IMG/VR virus record: IMGVR_UViG_3300025735_000006
Strand: one strand, 5' to 3'
Length of the DNA stretch: 46,366 bases
Source of the DNA: a virus
The translations under genes and the position numbers were made by a program. Below, piece after piece: positions 15,253 to 23,724 of this stretch. Position 1 is the first letter of the stretch; each line of letters begins with the position of its first letter. Under the pieces are notes generated by a model. It worked only from the letters and a program-made list of their open reading frames with translations, had not been told where the DNA came from and ran no database searches.

Positions 15253-17277
15253 TTAATTTGTTGCGTTTCTGAATTGATAGAATTGATCTTGTACACCTTT
15301 TGCTAAATCTTGGCCCGTGCCAGTCATTGTACTTGAAGATGTATTAATGGTTACATTGCCAATAGAAACATCTGTTTTATTTGCAGCAGCCGCCATAGGG
15401 GCATTTTGCTTAGCGCGACTTAAATCAATGTAATCATTTTGACGTATAGATTGCTGAGCATCTGTAGTAGCCTCAAAATAAGTTCTTTGGTGTGCTCTAA
15501 AACTAGGGTTTAAAACCATTTCACCCTTTTCGATAACGCCATTCTTATTAGAATCCCACACCTTATTTAACTCATACTCTCTCGATCCTTTTTTGTAACC
15601 ATAACCAGTTACAGCACCATACACATCACCAGTAGTATTTTTTCCTTCATTTCCAGCTTTAAACCTAGAGCTTCTTTCCTTAAAGTACTTTTCAACATAT
15701 TGCATTTGTTGATCAAAAGACAAAGACCCAAACTGATCACGCGACATTCCATAATACTTACCCTTAGTTCCTCCAGTTCCAGCCATAAATTGAATTAGAC
15801 CTGTGGCTGAAGATTTTGGATTTCTTTTGTTTGGATCAAATGTGCCACCAGTCTCAAAAGAAATCACCGAAGCCAAGTCATTAGGATTGACACCAATATT
15901 CCTAGCCACTTTTGAGATTGCTGCTGCTTTTTCTGGAGTAAATGCTTTTGAGGAGTATCCTTGCTTGCTTGGCAATTGTGTAGGTTGTTCACCGCGATTA
16001 ATTAGATTTCCAGCCGCATTAGCCAGTGTTCCTTGTGCTTGACCAGTCAAGTCATCAACAACTCCAGCCACATTAGATCCAAACTGCTTAATCATAGACC
16101 AAGCTTGTGAGCCAGCGCCTTTAAAGTCGCCACGCAATAACTTTTGAATAATTTCGGCATATCCGTTTAAGGTTGGAATGGCACTACTCATTAGCTCTTT
16201 GGTTAAGTTCTTAAATGCATTTTTTAGGTTATCAGTTGACAGGGTAGAATCGTCAATGTATTTACGGAATGCGCCCCAATCAAATAGAGACTTACCGCCT
16301 TCAGCCCATGTTTTGTAATCATCATAAAGCAAGCCAAATGCAGCTCCTAGCGCACCTACAACCAAAATAAATGGAGCGAATGGCGCAATAAATGCAAGAG
16401 TAGCAATAGTGGCTTTAGCTAAAATAGGGATTAGGATTGCGCCAACTACAAAGGCAATTCCTTTGAATACAGCTTGTACAGCCTTTTGATGTTTTTGCAG
16501 ATACTCAAAAATACCTAGTGCAACTTCACTGAGTTTCACAAATAGCGGAATGATAGCATTAGCCATCATCGTTTTAAGGGACTCCCAATGCTGCCCAAGT
16601 AAGGCGCGGTTTTTGGCTAATTCACGACTTGCCTTTAATTCTTCTTCCGATGACTTGTACATCTTGCTTTGATATTCAAGCATCTTCTCCATTTCTTTAC
16701 GGCCTTGAACAAGGGTGTTAAATGTACCCTCGTCAATTCCCATTTTAGAAGCGATAGAAAACGCTTGCTCACGATCCATTTTAGAAAATGAATCTGCAAG
16801 ATCTAACATTACATCATCGGTTTTTCTGGCTTTACCTTGAGCGTCCACCATAGAAACATTAAGCGCATTCATAAATGGCAGAAGGGTAGTATCCCCCATG
16901 ACGATAAAATCATTAATCCCCATGTTTAAGGATTTAATTGATTCTGTCATTCCTTGAGCTGAACCACCCATCGCCCCAGCAGCGCCTTGCCAATTCTTGA
17001 TAGTGCTAGACGACATGCCTAGATTGCGTTCAAGATGATAAAGCTCATCGTTTAAACGCTGAACTTCATCAATCATCTTGGCAACGCCAGTGGCAACAGC
17101 CATTACACCAAACCACCTAGCTAGTGTTTTAGTGACGTTACCAACAACCTTATCAGTTTCACTAACAGATTTGTTTAAGTCATCATTGGTTTTTTTGGCT
17201 TTTTCGGCTTCACGGTTATATTGTGAGCCGTCTAGCCCAAGCTTTACTATGATCGACTCAACAATATTTTCAGCCAT
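15253..17277 (-). CDS. Tail tape measure protein with a lytic-transglycosylase-like motif
   Basis: 674 aa, helical, with a hydrophobic block (IAFVVGAILIPILAKATIATLAFIAPFAPFILVVGALGAAFGLL). SFETGGTFDP..SSATGLIQFM. Follows the chaperone pair. Confidence 0.85.
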   Translation of the reverse strand: MAENIVESIIVKLGLDGSQYNREAEKAKKTNDDLNKSVSETDKVVGNVTKTLARWFGVMAVATGVAKMIDEVQRLNDELYHLERNLGMSSSTIKNWQGAAGAMGGSAQGMTESIKSLNMGINDFIVMGDTTLLPFMNALNVSMVDAQGKARKTDDVMLDLADSFSKMDREQAFSIASKMGIDEGTFNTLVQGRKEMEKMLEYQSKMYKSSEEELKASRELAKNRALLGQHWESLKTMMANAIIPLFVKLSEVALGIFEYLQKHQKAVQAVFKGIAFVVGAILIPILAKATIATLAFIAPFAPFILVVGALGAAFGLLYDDYKTWAEGGKSLFDWGAFRKYIDDSTLSTDNLKNAFKNLTKELMSSAIPTLNGYAEIIQKLLRGDFKGAGSQAWSMIKQFGSNVAGVVDDLTGQAQGTLANAAGNLINRGEQPTQLPSKQGYSSKAFTPEKAAAISKVARNIGVNPNDLASVISFETGGTFDPNKRNPKSSATGLIQFMAGTGGTKGKYYGMSRDQFGSLSFDQQMQYVEKYFKERSSRFKAGNEGKNTTGDVYGAVTGYGYKKGSREYELNKVWDSNKNGVIEKGEMVLNPSFRAHQRTYFEATTDAQQSIRQNDYIDLSRAKQNAPMAAAANKTDVSIGNVTINTSSSTMTGTGQDLAKGVQDQFYQFRNATN

Positions 17278-17279
17278 TT

Positions 17280-17941
17280 TTACCTCTTATCTTGACTAGC
17301 AAGAAATTTAATCTTTTGTTCATTGTACGTGGCTACTTGCTCGATTTCTATAATCCTCATCGCACCCTCAAGACCTATGCATGTATTCAATTCATGATAA
17401 GTGCATAGTTTGGTTTGCAAAGCACGGTAAACTGTTTCTGATACATTTAATGGCTTTGCAAGAACGCCATCTTTTAGGGTTTGGTTTGACAGAGGATCAA
17501 AAGAATAATCTAGTTCGAGGTTTCGCCTTGTTTTAAAAAATCAAGATGCAAGCCAATCACTTGAGCAGCCAAGAAAGTAAAATTTTGCATATCTTGAATT
17601 TCTTGATCCCAAATACACATCCGCTCTTGACCGCCTTTAGGTACGATCTGAACACACTTATCAAGCAATTCAAACTTTAATCGGCGTGATTCTTCTGGTT
17701 TGATGCGACCTAGGATTGAGCCAATAGCAGCGCCAATTTCAATCATCCCCGCCATGCTTTTTGTATCAAGATTCATGACATTGACATTCTTTAAATCCAT
17801 TCCCGCAGTTGCAGCATGATAAAACAATTCATGTGCCCATTCATCAGCCTGAATTGCTGGCATTTCAGTAATTAAAAATGTTTTCCCTTTGTCACGACCA
17901 CTTTCAATCGTTACTGTTTTTTTCTTTAAGCCATTACTCAT
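17280..17941 (-). CDS. Tail assembly chaperone, -1 frameshift fusion product (G-T analogue, about 220 aa)
   Basis: The -1 frame is open for 84 codons from the slippery site to TAA 17280..17282, ending 2 nt before the tape measure ATG. Confidence 0.7.
17510..17941 (-). CDS. Tail assembly chaperone, zero-frame product (143 aa)
   Basis: ORF lies between the tube and tape measure genes. Confidence 0.75.
   Translation of the reverse strand: MSNGLKKKTVTIESGRDKGKTFLITEMPAIQADEWAHELFYHAATAGMDLKNVNVMNLDTKSMAGMIEIGAAIGSILGRIKPEESRRLKFELLDKCVQIVPKGGQERMCIWDQEIQDMQNFTFLAAQVIGLHLDFLKQGETSN
17534..17540 (-). promoter_or_regulatory. Slippery heptamer T TTT TTA for a programmed -1 frameshift
   Basis: Minus strand reads GAT TTT TTA AAA. 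The X XXY YYZ pattern is in register with the zero frame, 8 codons before its stop. Confidence 0.7.
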
Positions 17942-17985
17942 TTTTACACCCTAAAATTAAGAAAGGGGATTACTCCCCTTGTTGG

Positions 17986-18435
17986 TTAGTTGGTTTCTTC
18001 GATGCCATCTGACACAAAGTTAAACTGATATGTATGACCAGCCAAAAGCTGAGCAATGCCAGTGCCGCCAGATTTGACAATCATCGGGCCAGAAAAGTTT
18101 TGTCTGCGCTTAACCGATGGATATGAAACTTGGATTTCACATAGACGTGATTCCATGTTCTTAATATGGTCATTATAAACATTTTCCATAACCATAATGG
18201 ACTTACTGTTAGCTTCCAAAGAAACAGTTACAGGAGTTTCGTGCGGGATAAAGCCAAAAGATTGCTTACCATCTACACCTATGCGGCTTTGAGCCAATGT
18301 AACATCAGCCAAGCTTAAGAATGCATCAGATTGAGCACCTTCTAATTGAATCCAGTTGTCATAAATTCCAGCACAACGAAAGAGAATTACACTATTCGCG
18401 GCTGTAATCGTATTTGGATTATGACCCATTGCCAT
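17986..18435 (-). CDS. Tail tube protein
   Basis: 149 aa, immediately downstream of the sheath gene. Confidence 0.65.
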   Translation of the reverse strand: MAMGHNPNTITAANSVILFRCAGIYDNWIQLEGAQSDAFLSLADVTLAQSRIGVDGKQSFGFIPHETPVTVSLEANSKSIMVMENVYNDHIKNMESRLCEIQVSYPSVKRRQNFSGPMIVKSGGTGIAQLLAGHTYQFNFVSDGIEETN

Positions 18436-18447
18436 AGTTTAATCCCC

Positions 18448-19908
18448 TTATTGAACGTTTGTAGCAGTAGTTTCAAGACGCTGTACGCTTGAACCATCTG
18501 TATAGAAGATTTTACGAATAGGCGTGCCACGCTCAATACGAACCTGTGTAGAAGGTTGTTGAATCGAAATAGCCCAGCCTTTTGTAAATAATTGGCTTAC
18601 AGCATCAAAACCAGCTTCTTGATTGATCTGGAACTTTTGAGCTTCAGATAGCTGAACGCCAGCTTGAATGCCACCAAAGTTAATACCTTGCTTAATTGGA
18701 CCTCTCAAATAAGCCATTTGAGTTTCCTTGCCAATATCGTTATACGGAATTGTTCCTTGAGAACGCAACATATTGATATCAGCAAGTTGTACTTGTGACG
18801 CAAAGAAAATCCAAAAGTCTTGGTTATCAATCCATTTGAATTTACCAGTTACAGCGCCAATTCCAGCCATTTGAAAGCGATCGTTTGCAGTAGCCCAAGC
18901 GCCGTAAAATGAGCAGCCTTTAGACTTAAGCAAGTTTGCCTCATCTTCATCGGTTACTTCAGCAACAAGACCAGCTTGACTACGGAACATTGTAGTAGTT
19001 CGACCGTTTGTTTCTTCATAGTTTACAGATGCAGAAACACCACAGAAGAACATTGCTTTTTCAAATGCGCCATATAGCGGAACAATACCTTCAGTATTTT
19101 CTCTAGCCCACACAGGGAAATCTAAACCGCTTTGACCAAGCCATAAAGGATCCATAGACCATACATAAAACTTGTAGCGTGAATTTTGTTGAGTCACCCA
19201 AGATGAAAAAGCACGATATGCAGCTTCATCCATTGTGTCAGGTGAATAGGTGAAGTTCACAAAGTTCTTGCTAAACTTTAATGCACGTTTTGCAGCGGTT
19301 TCAGCGCTATCAGCAAGTACATCATTATCAAGTGTAGCGCCAGTCTCTTGAGTAAGCTTTAATGCAGCAGCAGTTGCGCCACTAGCAAAGCTTAATGTTG
19401 ATGTAGCACCAACAGAGCCAGAGCTAATAACAAAGCCTTTAACAGTTGACAGGTAAACACAAGTAATTGTTAAAGCTGTAGAAATAACCGCAGCCGCATC
19501 ACTCAAACTGTTAGCAGTAGATAGGTCAATAGTTCCAGACTTTTCAACACCATCAACAACCACAGATAAAGTACCAGTAATTGCTTTGATTTGCTCAATA
19601 GTTAGGCCAGAAACATCACCACCAATCAAAGAAGCAGAATCATCTTCTTTATTGTATTTGCTGATGAATAGTGAATTTGGTCGAGTAGTTGCGCCCTCAA
19701 AGCCATTAAAATAAACTACTGCGCCTTTGTAAGTTTCGCTTGTCAAACCATAATGTTGACCAACAAGTGAGGCGGTTGTGTATTCAAAATTTGGGTAAAC
19801 TGCGCCACTAACAAATAGCGTAGTGTTTAACCCTAATGGATTTCCACCGCCACCAATTACGGCAGGGTAGACAGCGGCAATATTATCCGCTGGAATTGAA
19901 TCAAACAT
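18448..19908 (-). CDS. Contractile tail sheath protein
   Basis: 486 aa. Synteny neck -> sheath -> tube -> chaperones -> tape measure. Confidence 0.7.
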   Translation of the reverse strand: MFDSIPADNIAAVYPAVIGGGGNPLGLNTTLFVSGAVYPNFEYTTASLVGQHYGLTSETYKGAVVYFNGFEGATTRPNSLFISKYNKEDDSASLIGGDVSGLTIEQIKAITGTLSVVVDGVEKSGTIDLSTANSLSDAAAVISTALTITCVYLSTVKGFVISSGSVGATSTLSFASGATAAALKLTQETGATLDNDVLADSAETAAKRALKFSKNFVNFTYSPDTMDEAAYRAFSSWVTQQNSRYKFYVWSMDPLWLGQSGLDFPVWARENTEGIVPLYGAFEKAMFFCGVSASVNYEETNGRTTTMFRSQAGLVAEVTDEDEANLLKSKGCSFYGAWATANDRFQMAGIGAVTGKFKWIDNQDFWIFFASQVQLADINMLRSQGTIPYNDIGKETQMAYLRGPIKQGINFGGIQAGVQLSEAQKFQINQEAGFDAVSQLFTKGWAISIQQPSTQVRIERGTPIRKIFYTDGSSVQRLETTATNVQ

Positions 19909-20392
19909 TGTTTAACTCCGTTGTAATGTCAGATGCATCTGACACTATATTAACTGTTTTTTGATACTTTGTATTGTATTGCAATTCAAGGTCTAGCATA
20001 AAGCGCAATTCATACAAACCCGCCTCATTCACAAAACTTAAATCTCTAACCATTGGGGTAGATAGTGGCACGCAGTTTTGCAGAATATCCGTAGTATATA
20101 TTGTATTCCATAGTGTTGACACTTGTTGTGCACGATCAAATGCAGATTCACCGTAAAAATCTAGCTGCATGATTCCTTGCATAGAATTAAAGATAATTTG
20201 CTGGTCACCCTCATATTCAATAGAATGCTGATCTAAGTGACGACCATTTCTATAAGTCATGATGATGGCATTTTTAGGAATAGGGTTTAAGTTGTTATAT
20301 CCCTTGATCACCGTTGTATCTGTGTTGAGTAATTCAAACGTAGTAAGCAGATAGCTACGCATATCGGCATAAAGCGTATTTAATATATTCAT
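19901..20392 (-). CDS. Neck / tail terminator-like protein
   Basis: 163 aa. Overlaps the sheath start. Called on position only. Confidence 0.45.
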   Translation of the reverse strand: MNILNTLYADMRSYLLTTFELLNTDTTVIKGYNNLNPIPKNAIIMTYRNGRHLDQHSIEYEGDQQIIFNSMQGIMQLDFYGESAFDRAQQVSTLWNTIYTTDILQNCVPLSTPMVRDLSFVNEAGLYELRFMLDLELQYNTKYQKTVNIVSDASDITTELNNV

Positions 20393-20892
20393 GGCTCGAA
20401 TACCCCTTGTGTAAATGGTTTAGCTTCAGATCCATTAAAGCCAAAATAACGGGCATCATGTGGCGACTCTTTACCAGTATTTTGAACCAGTACTTTTACC
20501 CATCCACGATAGTTATTTTCACCTTCTACAGCAATTTCCTCCGACCATGATTCAATAACAGCTTTAACTTGCCATTCAGTCGGAAATTCTTCACCGTACG
20601 GATTCATAACAATAATTGACGTGCCCTTATTCATGGCTCGTCTAATTGCTGGGATCATACCATCAGCATAAATTGATAAGAACTGACCTTGTTGCCCAGC
20701 AAAACCAAGATGCTCTAAGGTCTCGACATCCATTGACTGAGCCTGAATAATTTTAGGCTGTACTAAGTATTGCGGTATTTGATCACCATAATCATTTACA
20801 GTGTATCCAGTGCTAACCTTTAACAATGCTTCAATATTATTATTGACCGCACTTGTTAGACCGTTTGCTATTTTTCTTAATGCTAAGCCCAT
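20389..20892 (-). CDS. Neck / head-tail joining protein
   Basis: 167 aa. Called on position only. Confidence 0.45.
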   Translation of the reverse strand: MGLALRKIANGLTSAVNNNIEALLKVSTGYTVNDYGDQIPQYLVQPKIIQAQSMDVETLEHLGFAGQQGQFLSIYADGMIPAIRRAMNKGTSIIVMNPYGEEFPTEWQVKAVIESWSEEIAVEGENNYRGWVKVLVQNTGKESPHDARYFGFNGSEAKPFTQGVFEP

Positions 20893-20919
20893 AAAAAAGC
20901 CCTATCGTTTGATAGAGCT
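20893..20919 (-). terminator. Terminator-like hairpin whose T-tract abuts the next ATG
   Basis: Minus strand reads AGCTCTATC-AAAC-GATAGGGCT TTTTT ATG (ATG = 20892). Confidence 0.6.
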
Positions 20920-20935
20920 ATTTTAGCATTTAAAT

Positions 20936-21124
20936 TCATCTTATTTCATATTTCCACAATTCTTGATGATAAATCAAGATTGATTCAGCATAAGAAGTTA
21001 TACACTTATCAATATCGATTGAACCACATATATTTGATTCCATATTTTTAAAATTCTCAACTGCACCCAAAACTAAATCATTAAATCTTTTTTCATTAAA
21101 ATCTATGTGAACATATGCAGCCAT
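20936..21124 (-). CDS. Hypothetical small protein (62 aa)
   Basis: ORF between the gp10-like gene and the hairpin. Confidence 0.5.
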   Translation of the reverse strand: MAAYVHIDFNEKRFNDLVLGAVENFKNMESNICGSIDIDKCITSYAESILIYHQELWKYEIR

Positions 21125-21126
21125 GC

Positions 21127-21564
21127 CTACAATTTTCCTTCCACAATCTCGTACTTTATTGAATCTCTCATCAACGAGCTATCGATAAGGGGCTTGTTAA
21201 ATCCTTTGGCTTTCACAGTGGATGGAGCATTAGGAGGATCTGACCACATGGTTATGGAGTATTGTAAGTCTCCTTGCATCTGTGTGCCCACAAGGCCCAA
21301 AATCTTATTTACATCATATCCAGCTTTAGCAGCCTTAACAGCTAAAACAGACCAATTCTTTTTTTGCTCTTGAACTGTGGTTCTAATAAAAGCACGGCTG
21401 GGAATGTTTTTCCAACCATACTCATTTTTATATGCCGCAGTAGCAACGCTTGTTCCATCTGGATATTTAGACCCAGCCATAACGCCAGCTTTAACATGCA
21501 TTGGTTTTTGAATTAATAGTCTGTTTAGGGCTTGATCCAGTGAGCCTGTGCGCTTTATAGACAA
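21127..21564 (-). CDS. HK97 gp10-like head-tail connector / tail completion protein
   Basis: PPNAPSTVKAKGFNKPLIDSSLMRDSI matches the gp10-family C-terminal pattern. Confidence 0.6.
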   Translation of the reverse strand: MSIKRTGSLDQALNRLLIQKPMHVKAGVMAGSKYPDGTSVATAAYKNEYGWKNIPSRAFIRTTVQEQKKNWSVLAVKAAKAGYDVNKILGLVGTQMQGDLQYSITMWSDPPNAPSTVKAKGFNKPLIDSSLMRDSIKYEIVEGKL

Positions 21565-21779
21565 GAATCACCTCCACATGTTAAAAACCCGATCTTCATC
21601 AAAATAATAATTGGTAAGCATATTATGCTACACATCAATAAAACCACAAAAAACACTTTTATTGACTTTCTTAAGTGAAACACAATTCCATTGGCATAAT
21701 AAAGAGAATAATCCATAAAAAAATTCAATACGCAAACACACCAAGAGATTAACAAAATTATAAGAAATAACGTAATCAT
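21555..21779 (-). CDS. Small multi-pass membrane protein (74 aa)
   Basis: ITLFLIILLISWCVCVLNFF and VFFVVLLMCSIICLPIIILM helices. GGGAG SD. Confidence 0.55.
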   Translation of the reverse strand: MITLFLIILLISWCVCVLNFFMDYSLYYANGIVFHLRKSIKVFFVVLLMCSIICLPIIILMKIGFLTCGGDSCL

Positions 21780-21790
21780 AATTTACTCCC

Positions 21791-21818
21791 AAAATAAAAC
21801 CCATCAGGCCGATGGGCT
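21791..21818 (-). terminator. Rho-independent terminator
   Basis: Minus strand reads AGCCCATC-GGCCT-GATGGGTT followed by TTATTTT. Confidence 0.6.
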
Positions 21819-21825
21819 ATATCAA

Positions 21826-22185
21826 TTAACTAAAATCACCTTGCACTTGTATATTGCTAGAGCTTTCTGCATTCAAGATATTTGAAATATAGTTTATTTC
21901 CTTTTTTGTGGTTTCTACACGATTTTTAAAATCACTTGTAATCGCACTTTCGTGATTATTAATTTCTTCATCTAAAACCAATGCTAAGTAAATAAACTTA
22001 AATAACTCTCCAAATTTAACTTGATATCTTTTGTACTTGTACTTTTCCCCATTCTCCAAAACAAGGTAGTCATTTGTTGCATCCGCTTGCCCATATGGCT
22101 TTTCATCACCGTTTTTACTTCCACCAAAAAACACAGGGTTATTGTTTACTTGAATAGTAAACATATTTCTATAAATCATTTCCAC
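21826..22185 (-). CDS. Hypothetical protein (119 aa) inserted in the connector module
   Basis: AGGAG SD. Flanked by two hairpin terminators. Confidence 0.6.
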   Translation of the reverse strand: MEMIYRNMFTIQVNNNPVFFGGSKNGDEKPYGQADATNDYLVLENGEKYKYKRYQVKFGELFKFIYLALVLDEEINNHESAITSDFKNRVETTKKEINYISNILNAESSSNIQVQGDFS

Positions 22186-22192
22186 TTCTCCT

Positions 22193-22223
22193 ATAAAAGT
22201 AAACCCATCATAACAGATGGGTT
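22193..22223 (-). terminator. Terminator-like hairpin
   Basis: Minus strand reads AACCCATC-TGTTAT-GATGGGTT followed by TACTTTTAT. Confidence 0.5.
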
Positions 22224-22294
22224 CGCTTTAGTAAATATTTATTGAGATTAAAGATCCCAGCCTTCTGAGCTAATTCCATATCCGTCAATCATAA

Positions 22295-22744
22295 TTAACC
22301 CCAAAAGTTAAAAGGTGTTCTAAAACGACTTCTACGAACTGGCATAGGTGCTTGAGCAGACACCCATAGAGCCGATCTATATTTAGAAGTCCATGCATAG
22401 AATTTAGCCCCGTATGGCGTTTGATTGAGCCATTGAGCTAAAGCAGTCGGGCTACTTAGGTAATCAGTGCTAATTGACACACTACCTTCTGTAGCCGAAC
22501 TGATACGACCAACTAAACCAGTATTTCCCTCATTGATCCTGTCTTGCAATGCAGCTTGGTGAGCAACCAAAAGATAAAAGAATTTCTTTCGATCTTTTAA
22601 GCCGATGCAAGAGCTTTCAGTATTATCTAAAACAGTATTTTCAACTTCTTCAAAAAACTGAGTTAGCTGTTCATCCGTGAACTTTGAAAACTGCGGAAAT
22701 GCAGCCTTAAAAGCAGCAGGATCAAAGACGAAAACATTAGACAT
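22295..22744 (-). CDS. DUF4054-like head-tail adaptor
   Basis: FDPAAFKAAFPQFSKFTDEQL N-terminus is typical of DUF4054 connectors. Confidence 0.6.
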   Translation of the reverse strand: MSNVFVFDPAAFKAAFPQFSKFTDEQLTQFFEEVENTVLDNTESSCIGLKDRKKFFYLLVAHQAALQDRINEGNTGLVGRISSATEGSVSISTDYLSSPTALAQWLNQTPYGAKFYAWTSKYRSALWVSAQAPMPVRRSRFRTPFNFWG

Positions 22745-22753
22745 TGTTAGCCC

Positions 22754-23107
22754 TTATTCTGGTGTAACTTCTTCTTTTTTAGCGCCAGCTACTTTTTCCA
22801 ACTCGGCAGGAGTTTTTTGCTCTAAACCAGTCTTTTCGTTTTTAAGCTCTTTTGCCTGAGCTTTTGCATTAGACTCTGATTTAGATTCAAAAATAAAGCC
22901 ATTTGCCACAATAGGATGTTTAGAGTATTTAGAACGCCAAGCATCCCAAAAACTTTTATCAACATCGTTTGTAATGCCAATAGTTTCACCCTTTTCAAAG
23001 AAAACAAAACCTTCTTGTGATTGAGTACCATTAATATTTACAACAGTTCCATTCACTTCCATTTTTAAATCATTTGGTAAGCGACTTGCTAGAATTACAG
23101 TTGCCAT
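22754..23107 (-). CDS. Hypothetical head-module protein (117 aa)
   Basis: ORF with a Lys/Glu-rich C-terminal tail. Called on position only. Confidence 0.55.
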   Translation of the reverse strand: MATVILASRLPNDLKMEVNGTVVNINGTQSQEGFVFFEKGETIGITNDVDKSFWDAWRSKYSKHPIVANGFIFESKSESNAKAQAKELKNEKTGLEQKTPAELEKVAGAKKEEVTPE

Positions 23108-23181
23108 CGGTTAGACCTCTTATAAGATAATTTGATTATACATCATTTCTTAATCTTCACACATAAGATGTGGATCGTCTA

Positions 23182-23616
23182 TTAATCTTCAATAAAATAA
23201 ACAATAGTACAAAAGAATGTGCCTAGCTCAGTTGGTGTATTTGCGATTTGTATATCACCATTAGGATTTACAATTAATAATCTAGATTGATAAGTGCTTT
23301 GCCCAGACGGAACAAAAGCGGCAGGGAACGTCATAAACACACTAGGTCTTCTTCCTTCTGGAATGTTACCTAAAAATATATTCATACCTTCTGTGGTGCT
23401 TATTGTTGCTGAGAAATTAGAAATAACCAAATTACCAACCCTACTAAAATCACCTCCAATTGGTGATCCAGCAGACCAGTTTTGATTATAAGAAAAACTA
23501 AGCGCCTGCCTATTAATAACAGAACTCAATCCACCTTCAATCTTATTTAGATTTTCAGCACTAATAGGTGTTTCATTACTTGGAAGATCTTTCCATTCTG
23601 TAGGAATATATTGCAT
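23182..23616 (-). CDS. Small protein with a fibre-type N-terminal motif (144 aa)
   Basis: TEWKDLPSNETPISAENLNKIEGGL resembles N-termini of phage fibre/minor structural proteins. Confidence 0.5.
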   Translation of the reverse strand: MQYIPTEWKDLPSNETPISAENLNKIEGGLSSVINRQALSFSYNQNWSAGSPIGGDFSRVGNLVISNFSATISTTEGMNIFLGNIPEGRRPSVFMTFPAAFVPSGQSTYQSRLLIVNPNGDIQIANTPTELGTFFCTIVYFIED

Positions 23617-23630
23617 TTCGCTTACTCAAT

Positions 23631-23658
23631 AAAAAAGGCATCATCTAAATGATACCTT
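23631..23658 (-). terminator. Strong Rho-independent terminator after the major capsid gene
   Basis: Minus strand has a 10-bp stem AAGGTATCAT-TTAG-ATGATGCCTT followed by T6. Confidence 0.8.
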
Positions 23659-23724
23659 CTTTTTTATCATTGTGGGTATAAATCCAAACTAGGATATAGA
23701 TCACTAGCAGGAAATAACCCTTGA

